Positions 26,102 to 34,780 of a stretch of DNA of 40,937 bases are shown in pieces. The notes beneath the pieces are model-generated. The model saw only the letters and a program-made list of their open reading frames with translations, was not told the DNA's origin and searched no databases. A program made the translations under genes and the position numbers. This DNA comes from Spizellomyces punctatus DAOM BR117 (taxonomy: Eukaryota), in the NCBI GenBank assembly GCA_000182565.2, contig KQ257451.1, one strand, 5' to 3'. Numbering within the stretch: position 1 is the stretch's first letter; each line of letters begins with the position of its first letter.

Positions 26102-26198
26102 GGGTTCTAGGGTTCAGGTTAGCGTTCGAGTTAGCGTTCGAGATCGCGTTCGGGTTTTAGTGTTCGGGTTAGGGTTAGGGTTTTAGGGTTCAGTTAGC
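26102..26198 (+). repeat. Degenerate telomeric (TTAGGG-like) hexamer tract
   Basis: Hexamer variants gggttc/aggtta/gcgttc/gagtta leading into gggttagggttagggttttagggttc. Confidence 0.75.
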
Positions 26199-26570
26199 GC
26201 TTGCGTGTGCGAACATTAGATAATGTTGCTTGTCAAGTTAGTCTCGATCATTAAATGACATGACTGTTGAGCAGCAATACCAAGTGCAGGTGTACTACTC
26301 TTATCAACCTATTCAAGGGTTCAAGCATAGCAGGAACATTGCAGCGGCCTAGTGGGTGAGGCAGACATAGCGTTCAATGGATTGCAACTTTAATAGACCA
26401 CTTCATACTGGTGCAATGCGTGAACGGTGGATATATCGATGCAACTCTTACTCGATCCGTAATGAACCCATAATGCATTTGGACATAAGATACAAGGATG
26501 AGCGTTCATTGGTACCAAATCTGAAAGCCGTAGGTGACAAACAACTATAATATACTACACACTGTTTGCC

Positions 26571-26766
26571 AGTAGCCTAGTGGGTGAGGCGGACGCAGTG
26601 TTCAAATGCTCTAGTGGCCTAGTGGAGAAAAGGCTCTAGAGGCCTAGTGGGTGAGGCGGACGCAGTGTTCAAATGCTCTAGTGGCCTAGTGGAGAAAAGG
26701 CTCTAGAGGCCTAGTGGGTGAGGCGACGCAGTGTTCAAACGCTCTAGTGGCCTAGTGGGTGAGGCG
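26571..26766 (+). repeat. 67-bp tandem repeat (~3 units) built from a tRNA-5'-end/A-box-like motif and a B-box-like motif
   Basis: cctagtgggtgaggcg starts at 26576, 26643, 26710 and 26751. Units carry GCTCTAGTGGCCTAGTGG and GTTCAAATGC. A lone copy lies at ~26346-26362. Confidence 0.85.
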
Positions 26767-26959
26767 AGCATAAAAGTCAAGATAGGCCCTACTCTCATAG
26801 TTGAATGATTGCAACCACAATACACTAGTTCAAACCATTCACCTTTCGTCACGTGCCTAATGATCGAGGCTACGATCTTAGCAAAGCCACATTATCTAAT
26901 GCCTCCACCACAAAGTCTGTTCGCCACGCGCCCTGGCATATCGTCCGCAAGGTACCAGT

Positions 26960-27450
26960 GTTTTGCGATTATTACGTTCATTTTTCGATGCACCATGTAG
27001 AATGGTTCTCTCATGACGTTTTTGAAAGCCCCATTGCGCATCGCATGTCATCCAGGGCTTTCACAAGTTGTGAAAGAATGATTAACATGCTCGAGATGTG
27101 CAACGTGCAATGCCTGCCGTTCAGGGCTTTTGCAACGGCAAGTGTTTTGGAGTGATTATCACGTTCGTCATGTACAATGCAGAGTGCATGCCGTTAAGGT
27201 CTTTTGCAACGGCAACTATTTTGCAATGATTGCCACATTCGTCAGTACAATGTAGGGTGCATGCCGCTCAGGTCTTCCGCATGGGGCAATTTTCTTGGAA
27301 TGATTACCACGTTCGTCATCCACAATGTGACTGCATGCCGCTGGGGTCTTCCCCCATGAGCGAATTGTCTTGGAATGATTATCACGTTCGTCATGTACAA
27401 TGTAGGGTGCATGCCGCTCGGTCTTCCGCATGGGGCAATTGTCTTGGAAT
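26960..27450 (+). repeat. ~74-bp degenerate minisatellite (5-6 units) upstream of the large ORF
   Basis: gattNNcacNttcgtca...caatg...tgcatgccg...ggtctt units start at ~27080, 27154, 27228, 27302 and 27377. Confidence 0.85.
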
Positions 27451-27532
27451 CACCCGATTTTGCATAAATAAGAGCCCCAGAATTGTCTTTCCCTGTCCTG
27501 TCGTGTTCTGTGTCTGTATTCTTTGCCTTGTT

Positions 27533-27600
27533 ATCTCTCTCTCTCTCTCTCTCTCTACACTCTCCTTATCTCTCTACTCTCCTTCTCTCTCTCTACTCTG
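27533..27600 (+). repeat. (CT)n microsatellite / pyrimidine tract just before the ATG
   Basis: tctctctctctctctctctctct followed by an imperfect CT-rich run. Confidence 0.9.
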
Positions 27601-27614
27601 CGGTCTCCGTTGAA

Positions 27615-30551
27615 ATGGTCCACAAAGTTCTCACAAAGTCCTGGTCGCTTCAACACGCCGATCGCCACGCTTATGTCGTCGCACAAGACCAAAGCTTTTC
27701 TCAGCAAGAGTTTCCGCATGCTGAAGACGTTAATCCCATCTCGGCTACCAACACCATCTGGGCCACGATCGGAGAACGCCTTCGGGCCGATAACACCAAC
27801 ATGCGCAACATTTCCCGTTCATCAATCAACTTTTTAACGGACGGCATGCACGAGTCCCCTCATACCGTCGACGGCATGTTGGCTCTACTTCGCAATCATA
27901 TGGAAGTCAGCGATGCAAGCATGATGGATGTCTTGGGTCTTCGCGAGTCTACGGTCGACGACATCATCCGTGCAGAAGAGGATGCCGAGAAGAATGGTCA
28001 GGAACTGTACTACATCAGGAGCTGGGCCATGACAGTTGAAGATCTTTATCAACTGATTGAAAGGTGGCAAGATGACGAAATCGATCCCGAGGAGGTCTAC
28101 TTTTGGTTAAGCCCATTTTTGCTGTTGCCTGCCGATCAGCGCTCTGACAACATGTGCTACATTCGCTACGTTGGCAAATGCCGGTATCCTACAGTTCCTT
28201 ACAAGCGAATGTTAGCGGACATGAGGCAACGTGACAGCGGCCTTCTTTGCCATTTCACGACCATTCTCGAGCGCCAGTTCCCTGACACGTACGCTTCCGG
28301 ACGCACGTTTGAGTTTCCGCGTGCTACACTGGATGTCTTTGTTTCGGACCAGATTCGGGATGATCGCGAACGGATTCTGATTGCCTTCTTTGGACGTGAA
28401 TCGCTACTCAATCAGCAACCTGGCGGATTCTACGCATCCTACGTCCCAGACATTACAGACCATACATTGTTTGAGACGCTCAAGACACAGTTTTGGTACC
28501 GCTTTCAACGTGCATCCGCCGCATGCACCGAATCCATCAAAGCCGGTCTGCGAGACTGGATCACCGAAATCACTGGCATCACCGAAGCCTACCCAGTCGA
28601 GACCTGCACCTCCCAGCATGCCATGACAGATGCCTTGCTCTCCACGATTCGCTCACAAGCTACGCCTCGTACGGTCAATGGGCATACCATTATGGCATTG
28701 ATTGGAAAGGATGTTACCCGGGAAGACTATTTGAGCGGTTCCTCCTTTCTCTCTGGTTCGTCACGGGCAGGCTATCTTACGAGGGACTTTCTTGCTCGCC
28801 TTCAAGCATCCGAGCAAAACTTACGATCGTGGGATGCGACACAGCTCACTGTACAGCCCTTTCCGTTCGTCGATCTATTCCCTTGGCTCTCCTTGGAACC
28901 CGTTGATGCTGCGTTGGATCAGCTGGGATCCTACTTGCGAGTCACTCGGCCCCTTTTGTGCGTCACCTTTTCGTTCAAAGTGACGTCCTGTGCGATGGCC
29001 AACTTTTACCGCCCGTATGGCCTTACGACACTCGCAGACTTTTTGACGGCAGTGGGATGCCCGCGGATTCAACACTATGCGACTCGCGACTGGCTCACTG
29101 ATGAACAAGCAAGCGCACCTCCGTCCGGCTTTTCCACCATCATCATCCCCCATTACCATCCGGGATACGACAAGTATGGTTCTCAACCTTGGGAGCTTCG
29201 TCGAGTCCTAGACATTGCATGGATGATCACCATATTCATTGCAACCAAGGCCTTGGACGTTGCCAGCGCTGGCCATGACAATCGTGATGAGATGGTGACG
29301 AGAATCTTTGCCACTGTGGATCCAGACAGTGCCACTGTCGACCCTCGACTGGTCAAGGTGTACCAAGAGCTCGATGTCGCGAAAGAAGACTTGCGTTCCT
29401 ATGTCGAAAACGAACGAGGACGGATCTCGCGTCTTCCTACCCGACACCCAGTGTTTTACGGGGAATTGCAAGCTCTCCGTGCCCAACAGGCCGCCAAGGA
29501 TCGTGTTGTACGAGGCTTTTTCGCAGAGGGAGATGCGCAAAGCGAGTCTCGCATGGAACAGGTCAACTATCTGTGGAAAGTGCAGTATCCCGACCTCATG
29601 ATGCATATTCCCCCCGGTCCTGGATCCGAGCAACAGTGGAAGCAATGGGCTGCCAGTCGCAAACAAGGGACATCGTTCTACATGTCCTCCCTGGTCCTTG
29701 CTTCAAGAGTGCGCGGTGTACCAGCGATGCGGAACGTCCTGAGGCCTTTTGCACCCGAAGGTGCCGGTGATGATGATTCTTGGATGCAAGATCCTCAACT
29801 ATTACAGCGGGCCATCGAAGCCAAGGTTGCGCAAATGGTTGCCGGGCAGCCTGCGAACCACTTTTCAAGTGAAAAGCAGCGCGAAAGGAGACTGGGACGT
29901 ATAACCTACCACACAAGCTTGGAGGGCACTCTGATCAAGATTGACGGACACGGTCGTGTGTCCTTATTTTGGCAAGATCCTGACGGTAGCCGACTCCGCA
30001 TCAAGCTTCGTGTAGCGCAAACTTTGGCGACGGTCCTTCCCAATGACAAGCGCTTCATTCACTTTGTGGATGAAGGAATCTCGATCAAGGATCAGAATGG
30101 CCGCCTAATGACCATTTCTCGTGGCAAGGAAACTGTCATTGTGAAAAAGACTGTCTTTTCATTGTTGGAGGATGGGGACAACCTGACCAGACTGTGGACC
30201 CATGAGCGTACCCTGCTTGGACACCTGGCACCGACACCCGCTGGACCGTCGACTACTCTGCCCACCGCTGGACCGTCGACCACTCTGCCCACCGCTGGAC
30301 CGTCGACCACTCTGCCCACCAAAGGACGTGATGCCTTTCGCAGCAGAACCAAACCAGAAAAAGTTGCGGAATTCAACCTTCCCTTGGCTCAGAACGATGC
30401 ACTTTGGCTCCTCTACAAATGGTTAGAGCAGGACTATCCTACGGGGGGCACATTCAACGCAGCGGATCCGGGCGACTTTCCTACTTTGGCCAATGATTCT
30501 CTGCAAATGCGTTTTGCAGACTTTCTTGCCAATCACCACGATCACCCGTAA
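27615..30551 (+). CDS. Intronless 978-aa protein (frame continues to 30728 after one TAA); putative GIY-YIG-like nuclease plus UDG-superfamily domain
   Basis: The ORF is unambiguous, and the ATG at 27615 is supported by the paralogous MVRQALTKSW at 21578. The product is inferred by eye from LYYIR...YIRYVG...KR...RERILI...LLNQQPGG and IGKDVTREDYLSGSSFLSGSSRAGYL...RPLLCVTFS...PHYHPG. Confidence 0.7.
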   Translation: MVHKVLTKSWSLQHADRHAYVVAQDQSFSQQEFPHAEDVNPISATNTIWATIGERLRADNTNMRNISRSSINFLTDGMHESPHTVDGMLALLRNHMEVSDASMMDVLGLRESTVDDIIRAEEDAEKNGQELYYIRSWAMTVEDLYQLIERWQDDEIDPEEVYFWLSPFLLLPADQRSDNMCYIRYVGKCRYPTVPYKRMLADMRQRDSGLLCHFTTILERQFPDTYASGRTFEFPRATLDVFVSDQIRDDRERILIAFFGRESLLNQQPGGFYASYVPDITDHTLFETLKTQFWYRFQRASAACTESIKAGLRDWITEITGITEAYPVETCTSQHAMTDALLSTIRSQATPRTVNGHTIMALIGKDVTREDYLSGSSFLSGSSRAGYLTRDFLARLQASEQNLRSWDATQLTVQPFPFVDLFPWLSLEPVDAALDQLGSYLRVTRPLLCVTFSFKVTSCAMANFYRPYGLTTLADFLTAVGCPRIQHYATRDWLTDEQASAPPSGFSTIIIPHYHPGYDKYGSQPWELRRVLDIAWMITIFIATKALDVASAGHDNRDEMVTRIFATVDPDSATVDPRLVKVYQELDVAKEDLRSYVENERGRISRLPTRHPVFYGELQALRAQQAAKDRVVRGFFAEGDAQSESRMEQVNYLWKVQYPDLMMHIPPGPGSEQQWKQWAASRKQGTSFYMSSLVLASRVRGVPAMRNVLRPFAPEGAGDDDSWMQDPQLLQRAIEAKVAQMVAGQPANHFSSEKQRERRLGRITYHTSLEGTLIKIDGHGRVSLFWQDPDGSRLRIKLRVAQTLATVLPNDKRFIHFVDEGISIKDQNGRLMTISRGKETVIVKKTVFSLLEDGDNLTRLWTHERTLLGHLAPTPAGPSTTLPTAGPSTTLPTAGPSTTLPTKGRDAFRSRTKPEKVAEFNLPLAQNDALWLLYKWLEQDYPTGGTFNAADPGDFPTLANDSLQMRFADFLANHHDHP
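30240..30320 (+). repeat. 27-bp coding tandem repeat x3 (AGPSTTLPT linker)
   Basis: gctggaccgtcgacYactctgcccacc at 30240, 30267 and 30294. Confidence 0.95.
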
Positions 30552-30908
30552 CATGAACTTTGGGCTACATGGTTGAACGAGTTTGCTACGCGCGGTGCGA
30601 GGCACATCTATGCCAACATTCGTTTCGTCAGGGACGCAGTGGAGAGCACCAAACAGGCCTATGACAAGAATCACAAGTGGAAACGCTACAAGATTTTCAC
30701 TATCGGCGGGCCGAAGCCTGGGTTCTAGCACTGCGTACAAGCTTTACCTAGTGCAGTACAAGATCATCTGCCAACGAATGGGGTGCAGTCGCTTCCAATT
30801 TGTCTTGCACTTGTATTAAAGTTCATAATAAAGAATTTTTCTGCCTGAACCAACTATATTAAATATATCATACCTTTATATTATTCTTAGCGCTCGCCTT
30901 GGATTTTA

Positions 30909-30939
30909 CGTCCACCCTCACCCACTAGGCCACTAGCGC
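30909..30939 (-). repeat. Inverted copy of the tRNA-5'-like motif of the 26571-26766 array
   Basis: Reverse complement gcgctagtggcctagtgggtgagggtggacg versus array consensus gctctagtggcctagtgggtgaggcggacg. Confidence 0.85.
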
Positions 30940-31037
30940 AAAAATGTGTAGGAGTTGTTTGTAAACTTGGATTAAACATCCCGAATATTGTTACGTTCAA
31001 AACTCATGATTAACGTACGGAATGTTCATAACGTGGA

Positions 31038-31129
31038 TCCCTGGTGGCCTAGTGGTTAAGGCTTTGTACTTATAAGGACGTACTCCTTATGCCATGCAAA
31101 GATCGCGGGTTCGAACCCCGCCCAGGGAA
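31038..31129 (+). tRNA. tRNA-Ile(UAU) with a ~19-nt intron
   Basis: Acceptor TCCCTGG/CCAGGGA, D arm GCCT/AGGC, anticodon arm TTGTA-CT TAT A-[intron]-A-TGCAA, T arm GCGGG TTCGAAC CCCGC. T-runs downstream (31136-31140, 31152-31160) fit a Pol III terminator. Confidence 0.85.
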
Positions 31130-31160
31130 TCTGTGTTTTTCGTGTATAATGTTTTTTTTT

Positions 31161-31211
31161 CTTATAATTATGCCATGCAAAGATCGCGGGTTCGAACCCC
31201 GCCCAGGGAAT
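31161..31211 (+). pseudogene. Tandem 3'-half duplicate of the tRNA-Ile gene
   Basis: 31168-31211 is identical to 31087-31130 and is preceded by cttataa, which matches the anticodon loop. Confidence 0.85.
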
Positions 31212-31859
31212 GAGTGTCTTTCGTGATTATGTTTTTTTTCCATGTTCTCTCTGGTCACGACACGAGTTGCATTTCTTGACACGAGTTGCATTTCTGTCTT
31301 TCTATTCTCTCTGGTCTCGATACGAGGTGCATACTGCAATTATTGCAGGTAAATTGGCTCTTGTCTGCTCAGCGAAAGCGACTAAAAGACATGAAAAGAC
31401 AGCCCCAACGTAGAAAGATAAAAGAGACCGGCCCAGTAGACTAGAAACGGGGGGGGGGGGATTCAACATATAGCTGTCAATATATTACGGTCCAAAGACC
31501 AACAAAGTATCCAAACTACTGTTCATCTGCTGTTACTGTTGTTTAGTCTATCTGTAGTTATTTCACTGCGAATCTTTTTTTGCAGCCAGGCACCCGGTGT
31601 GATCTTTGGGCGCCACGACCAATTATTCTCTCGACACTAGTAGCCAAATATGTAAGAGTTATCCAGACCGTAAAAATACAGCTCAAGTCGATGAACTCAC
31701 CGGTCATGGTTGAATTTCAATCATTCCTACAAAAGTGGCGAGTATTTCATATAGCGCCCATCTAAATGTCGCGAGTTATACTGGCTGTGAACGCGTGGGT
31801 CTGGGGGTCCTGATTGCAAATAATTGAACGCGTGGGCAGACCTGGATCAGCGACGCATA

Positions 31860-32400
31860 GGGAGCGTCCAAAGTTGCATACGAACGGTTCTTAGCAGTAG
31901 AGGGAGACGTCCCCGTGTTTTATTCTGTAGTGTCCCGGTGGACTTAGCTAGCTATTCTTTGCATTTTATTTCGTTCACTTTTTTTCCTTTCAGTGTCCAG
32001 AGTTGCATATGAACGGTTCTTTGCAGTAGATGAGCACTCGTCTTGGATATTCTTTGTGATTGTAGCGGGAGAGTTGCATACGAACGGTTCTTTGCAGTAG
32101 ATGAACGCGTCTCTGTCTGCTTTATCCTGGTGGACGTATCTAGCTATATTTTCTGTGTTATTCCCCCTTCTTTGCGTTTTATTCCGTTCACTTTTTCTCC
32201 TGTTAGCGTCCAAAGTTGCATACGACGGTTCTTAGTAATAGGTGGACGCATCGTAGATATTCTTTGTGATTTATCGTTTTATCCTGTAGTGTCCAGGTAT
32301 TCTCTTTGTCTAGAGTTGCATGCAAACGGTTCTCTACTTCCACAGTTGCATAGAAACAGTTCTCTGCGTCCAGTGTTACATACAAACGGTTCTCTCTAAC
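31860..32400 (+). repeat. Array of repeat family B, core GTTGCATACGAACGGTTCT
   Basis: Core or close variants at 31873, 32002, 32073, 32215, 32315, 32345 and 32375, with related spacers. Confidence 0.9.
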
Positions 32401-32929
32401 TCGTATAGACGTCATCACTGGACAAGCTCAGCACTTTATATGCCGCCCATTTCATATCCCCCCGGTGCAGGTACCATTTCTTCGGTGAACGTCCACGAAA
32501 CGAGGGAGATCATTTACGTCTTAGTTGTGCGGCCCTCAGGGATGGTTCAATTCGAATCATTTGTCCGATGAACGCCCCCGAAGCGAGGGAATTTACGTGT
32601 TGGGTATGAGCCCCGCAGGTTTGTCGTTGGAGAGGTCAGTGTGGACGAGGTGCTGGTGGAAATCCGGGCAATAAAGGTGGGGAACAGCGAGGCAATTGCT
32701 GGTTGGGTAGATGAATAACAAGGTCTGGTGAGCGGGGCCGGCAGAGCCTAGGTTGCGTCGATACAAGCTGTACGTTCTTGTGAAAGCACCCAGGAAGCTG
32801 AAGATTTCGGCCATAAAGACCCGCCACTCAATGGCGCACTGCAATCATACAACTTTCTGTAGCTGAGATCTTCTACTGCAACACCACAAGGACCAAACTA
32901 CTATTTACTATTTATGTAATGTGTGTCGA

Positions 32930-34780
32930 GATATCCTGCTGCTAGGGTCCAAAGCTTCATAAGCGTGGTCTCTACGCTAGTTGGTGTTCAGTGTCCAGAT
33001 GTCCATTGTCCCGTCTAGAGCATACCCTTTGGCGTTAGTGTCCGGTGTCTAGATATCCATTGTCCTGTCTAGAGCATGCGTATGTAGGAGATATCCTTTG
33101 GAGCATTCCCTATTCGCTTGGGCGCTTTATTTTTCCTGTTAAGGCAGAGTATTACTGATTGGCGTTTGCTAAAGTACTGAGAGGGACAGTTGAATCAAGA
33201 AGCCACGACTTGTCCAGATATCCTTTGGCATTTGTCCAGAGTTGCATATGAAACGATCTCTACGAGTGATGCATGCCCTCTTTGTGTTCACCTGCTAGCG
33301 TCCAGATATCCTTTATTTCGGTCTAGAGGATTTCCATTTTCTTTGGCGTTTGCTTTTTTTGTCCCTCTTACCCAGATGACTTGATCATCTACCCCTTTTG
33401 CATCGGATGAAACTCGCACGAAAGCTTCCGAACCAAGGTCTCCCTCCGCCGCGTCGTCGCAAAACTCAAAAATCCTCTGGATCGACACCAGAAATGAGGT
33501 TATGGATGCCGCAAGAAGGGGCCCTAACTACAGCGCCAGTGCTCACGGCATCAAAAACATATAGTATAAATGAGGCTAGGCTTGTGGGTGGTGAGTGCAT
33601 GAAGCAGAGGTACATCGTTTTGTGCAAATGTCTCCGTCTTGACGCCAACGTAGGTACGCATGGCACACCCGCTGCTGCATACCAGACCCATCACCACAAG
33701 TCTTAAATTCTATTTCATAGCCTTCTCTTTCATGTCCACGGCCATCCCACAACCAAAATGAAGAAAAACAAAAAATCTACCTGCAAATTCAAATTCCTCG
33801 TACTTTTAATTCGTGTCAAGATGTTCTTTGACAGTCATGTTATCCTGCCTCGCTTCTCGGCCTCTGCAGGTGCAGTCGTAGGGAGCAGTGATGCAATATA
33901 CGCTATATGCCTAGGGAATTGTGTATGAACAGAGGGGGGCTCGTTTTGTAACCGCTAATGCTCAGATCTACAGACAAACGGTTCTCTACGAACGACTATG
34001 GCCGGAGATAGGTATGGTTTCGCAACTGCTAATGTTCAGAGCTGCTTATGAATCATTCTCGGTTGGAATTAGCTGATTTCAAACATGTCGTAGGACGGAA
34101 ACTTGAATAACCCGGCGAGTTCTTAACTAATCAAGGTAACTGGAACTGATCTGAAAAATCCTGGTTTGCGGCTACAGGCTTGTCATATCACATTCTAGTT
34201 AGCTGTCTTATGCGCTACTCTCTCGACGAAAGGTCCCCAGAGACGTTCTCTACGACTGGGACAGCATAACGGCAGAGCTTCCAACAGAGTTATCCACCTC
34301 AAGTGTGCTGAAAACGTACTGAGAAGGTGCACTCAACCCAACAGTCGTTTATGGCGGAAAATTGTTTTGCTTTGTAGGGAACTGCATACGAACGGTTCTT
34401 TATGAACGAGTATGGCGGTTAATTTGTATGGTTTGCAAGAGTTGCATGAACGCGAATGGCGGATGATTCATGCTTTTGGAACTGCCAGCGTCCAGAGTTG
34501 CATGCGAACAGTTCCTTACTAATGATTCTTTTGCGCCATGGCGGAAGATTTGCACTGTTTTGTAACGAGGATAAAATAGTGTACTTTTCGGCTTCCTGGC
34601 AAGGACGAGTTGCATATGAGCCTTTCTTTAAAGTATGACTGGGGGATCTCGTGCATCGATGCAACGAGTATGTCTTTGAGTGTCACGAGTTGCATATGAC
34701 CCTTTCTTTAAAGTATGGCTGACCGAAAACAACAGATCTTTGGTGCCACGAGCTGCATAGAAACACTCTTGTTAAAGTAT
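32930..34780 (+). repeat. Scattered degenerate family-B units
   Basis: Variants at ~33241, 34381, 34497, 34609, 34688 and 34752, plus repeated tccagatatcc/gtctagagcat words at 32990-33330. Confidence 0.7.

Noticed and set aside
25559-26160. 183-aa and overlapping ORFs
   Set aside because: They are translations of the reverse-complement minisatellite and telomeric tract.
26960-27450. Tandem hammerhead ribozymes or tRNA-sized RNAs in the 74-bp units
   Set aside because: I could not find the CUGAnGA/GAAA core or a cloverleaf on either strand.
27483-27614. Hydrophobic N-terminal extension of the 1022-aa ORF-track call
   Set aside because: It starts at TTG and is translated CT microsatellite. 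Paralogous copies begin at the position equivalent to ATG 27615.
31860-32400. CRISPR-like array (GTT...AAC repeat with spacers)
   Set aside because: Spacers vary widely in length and resemble each other, repeats are degenerate, there are no cas genes, and the context is eukaryotic.
32593-32844. 83-aa minus-strand ORF with coding-like codon usage
   Set aside because: No identifiable motif. It may be a decayed element fragment, but I cannot support a call.
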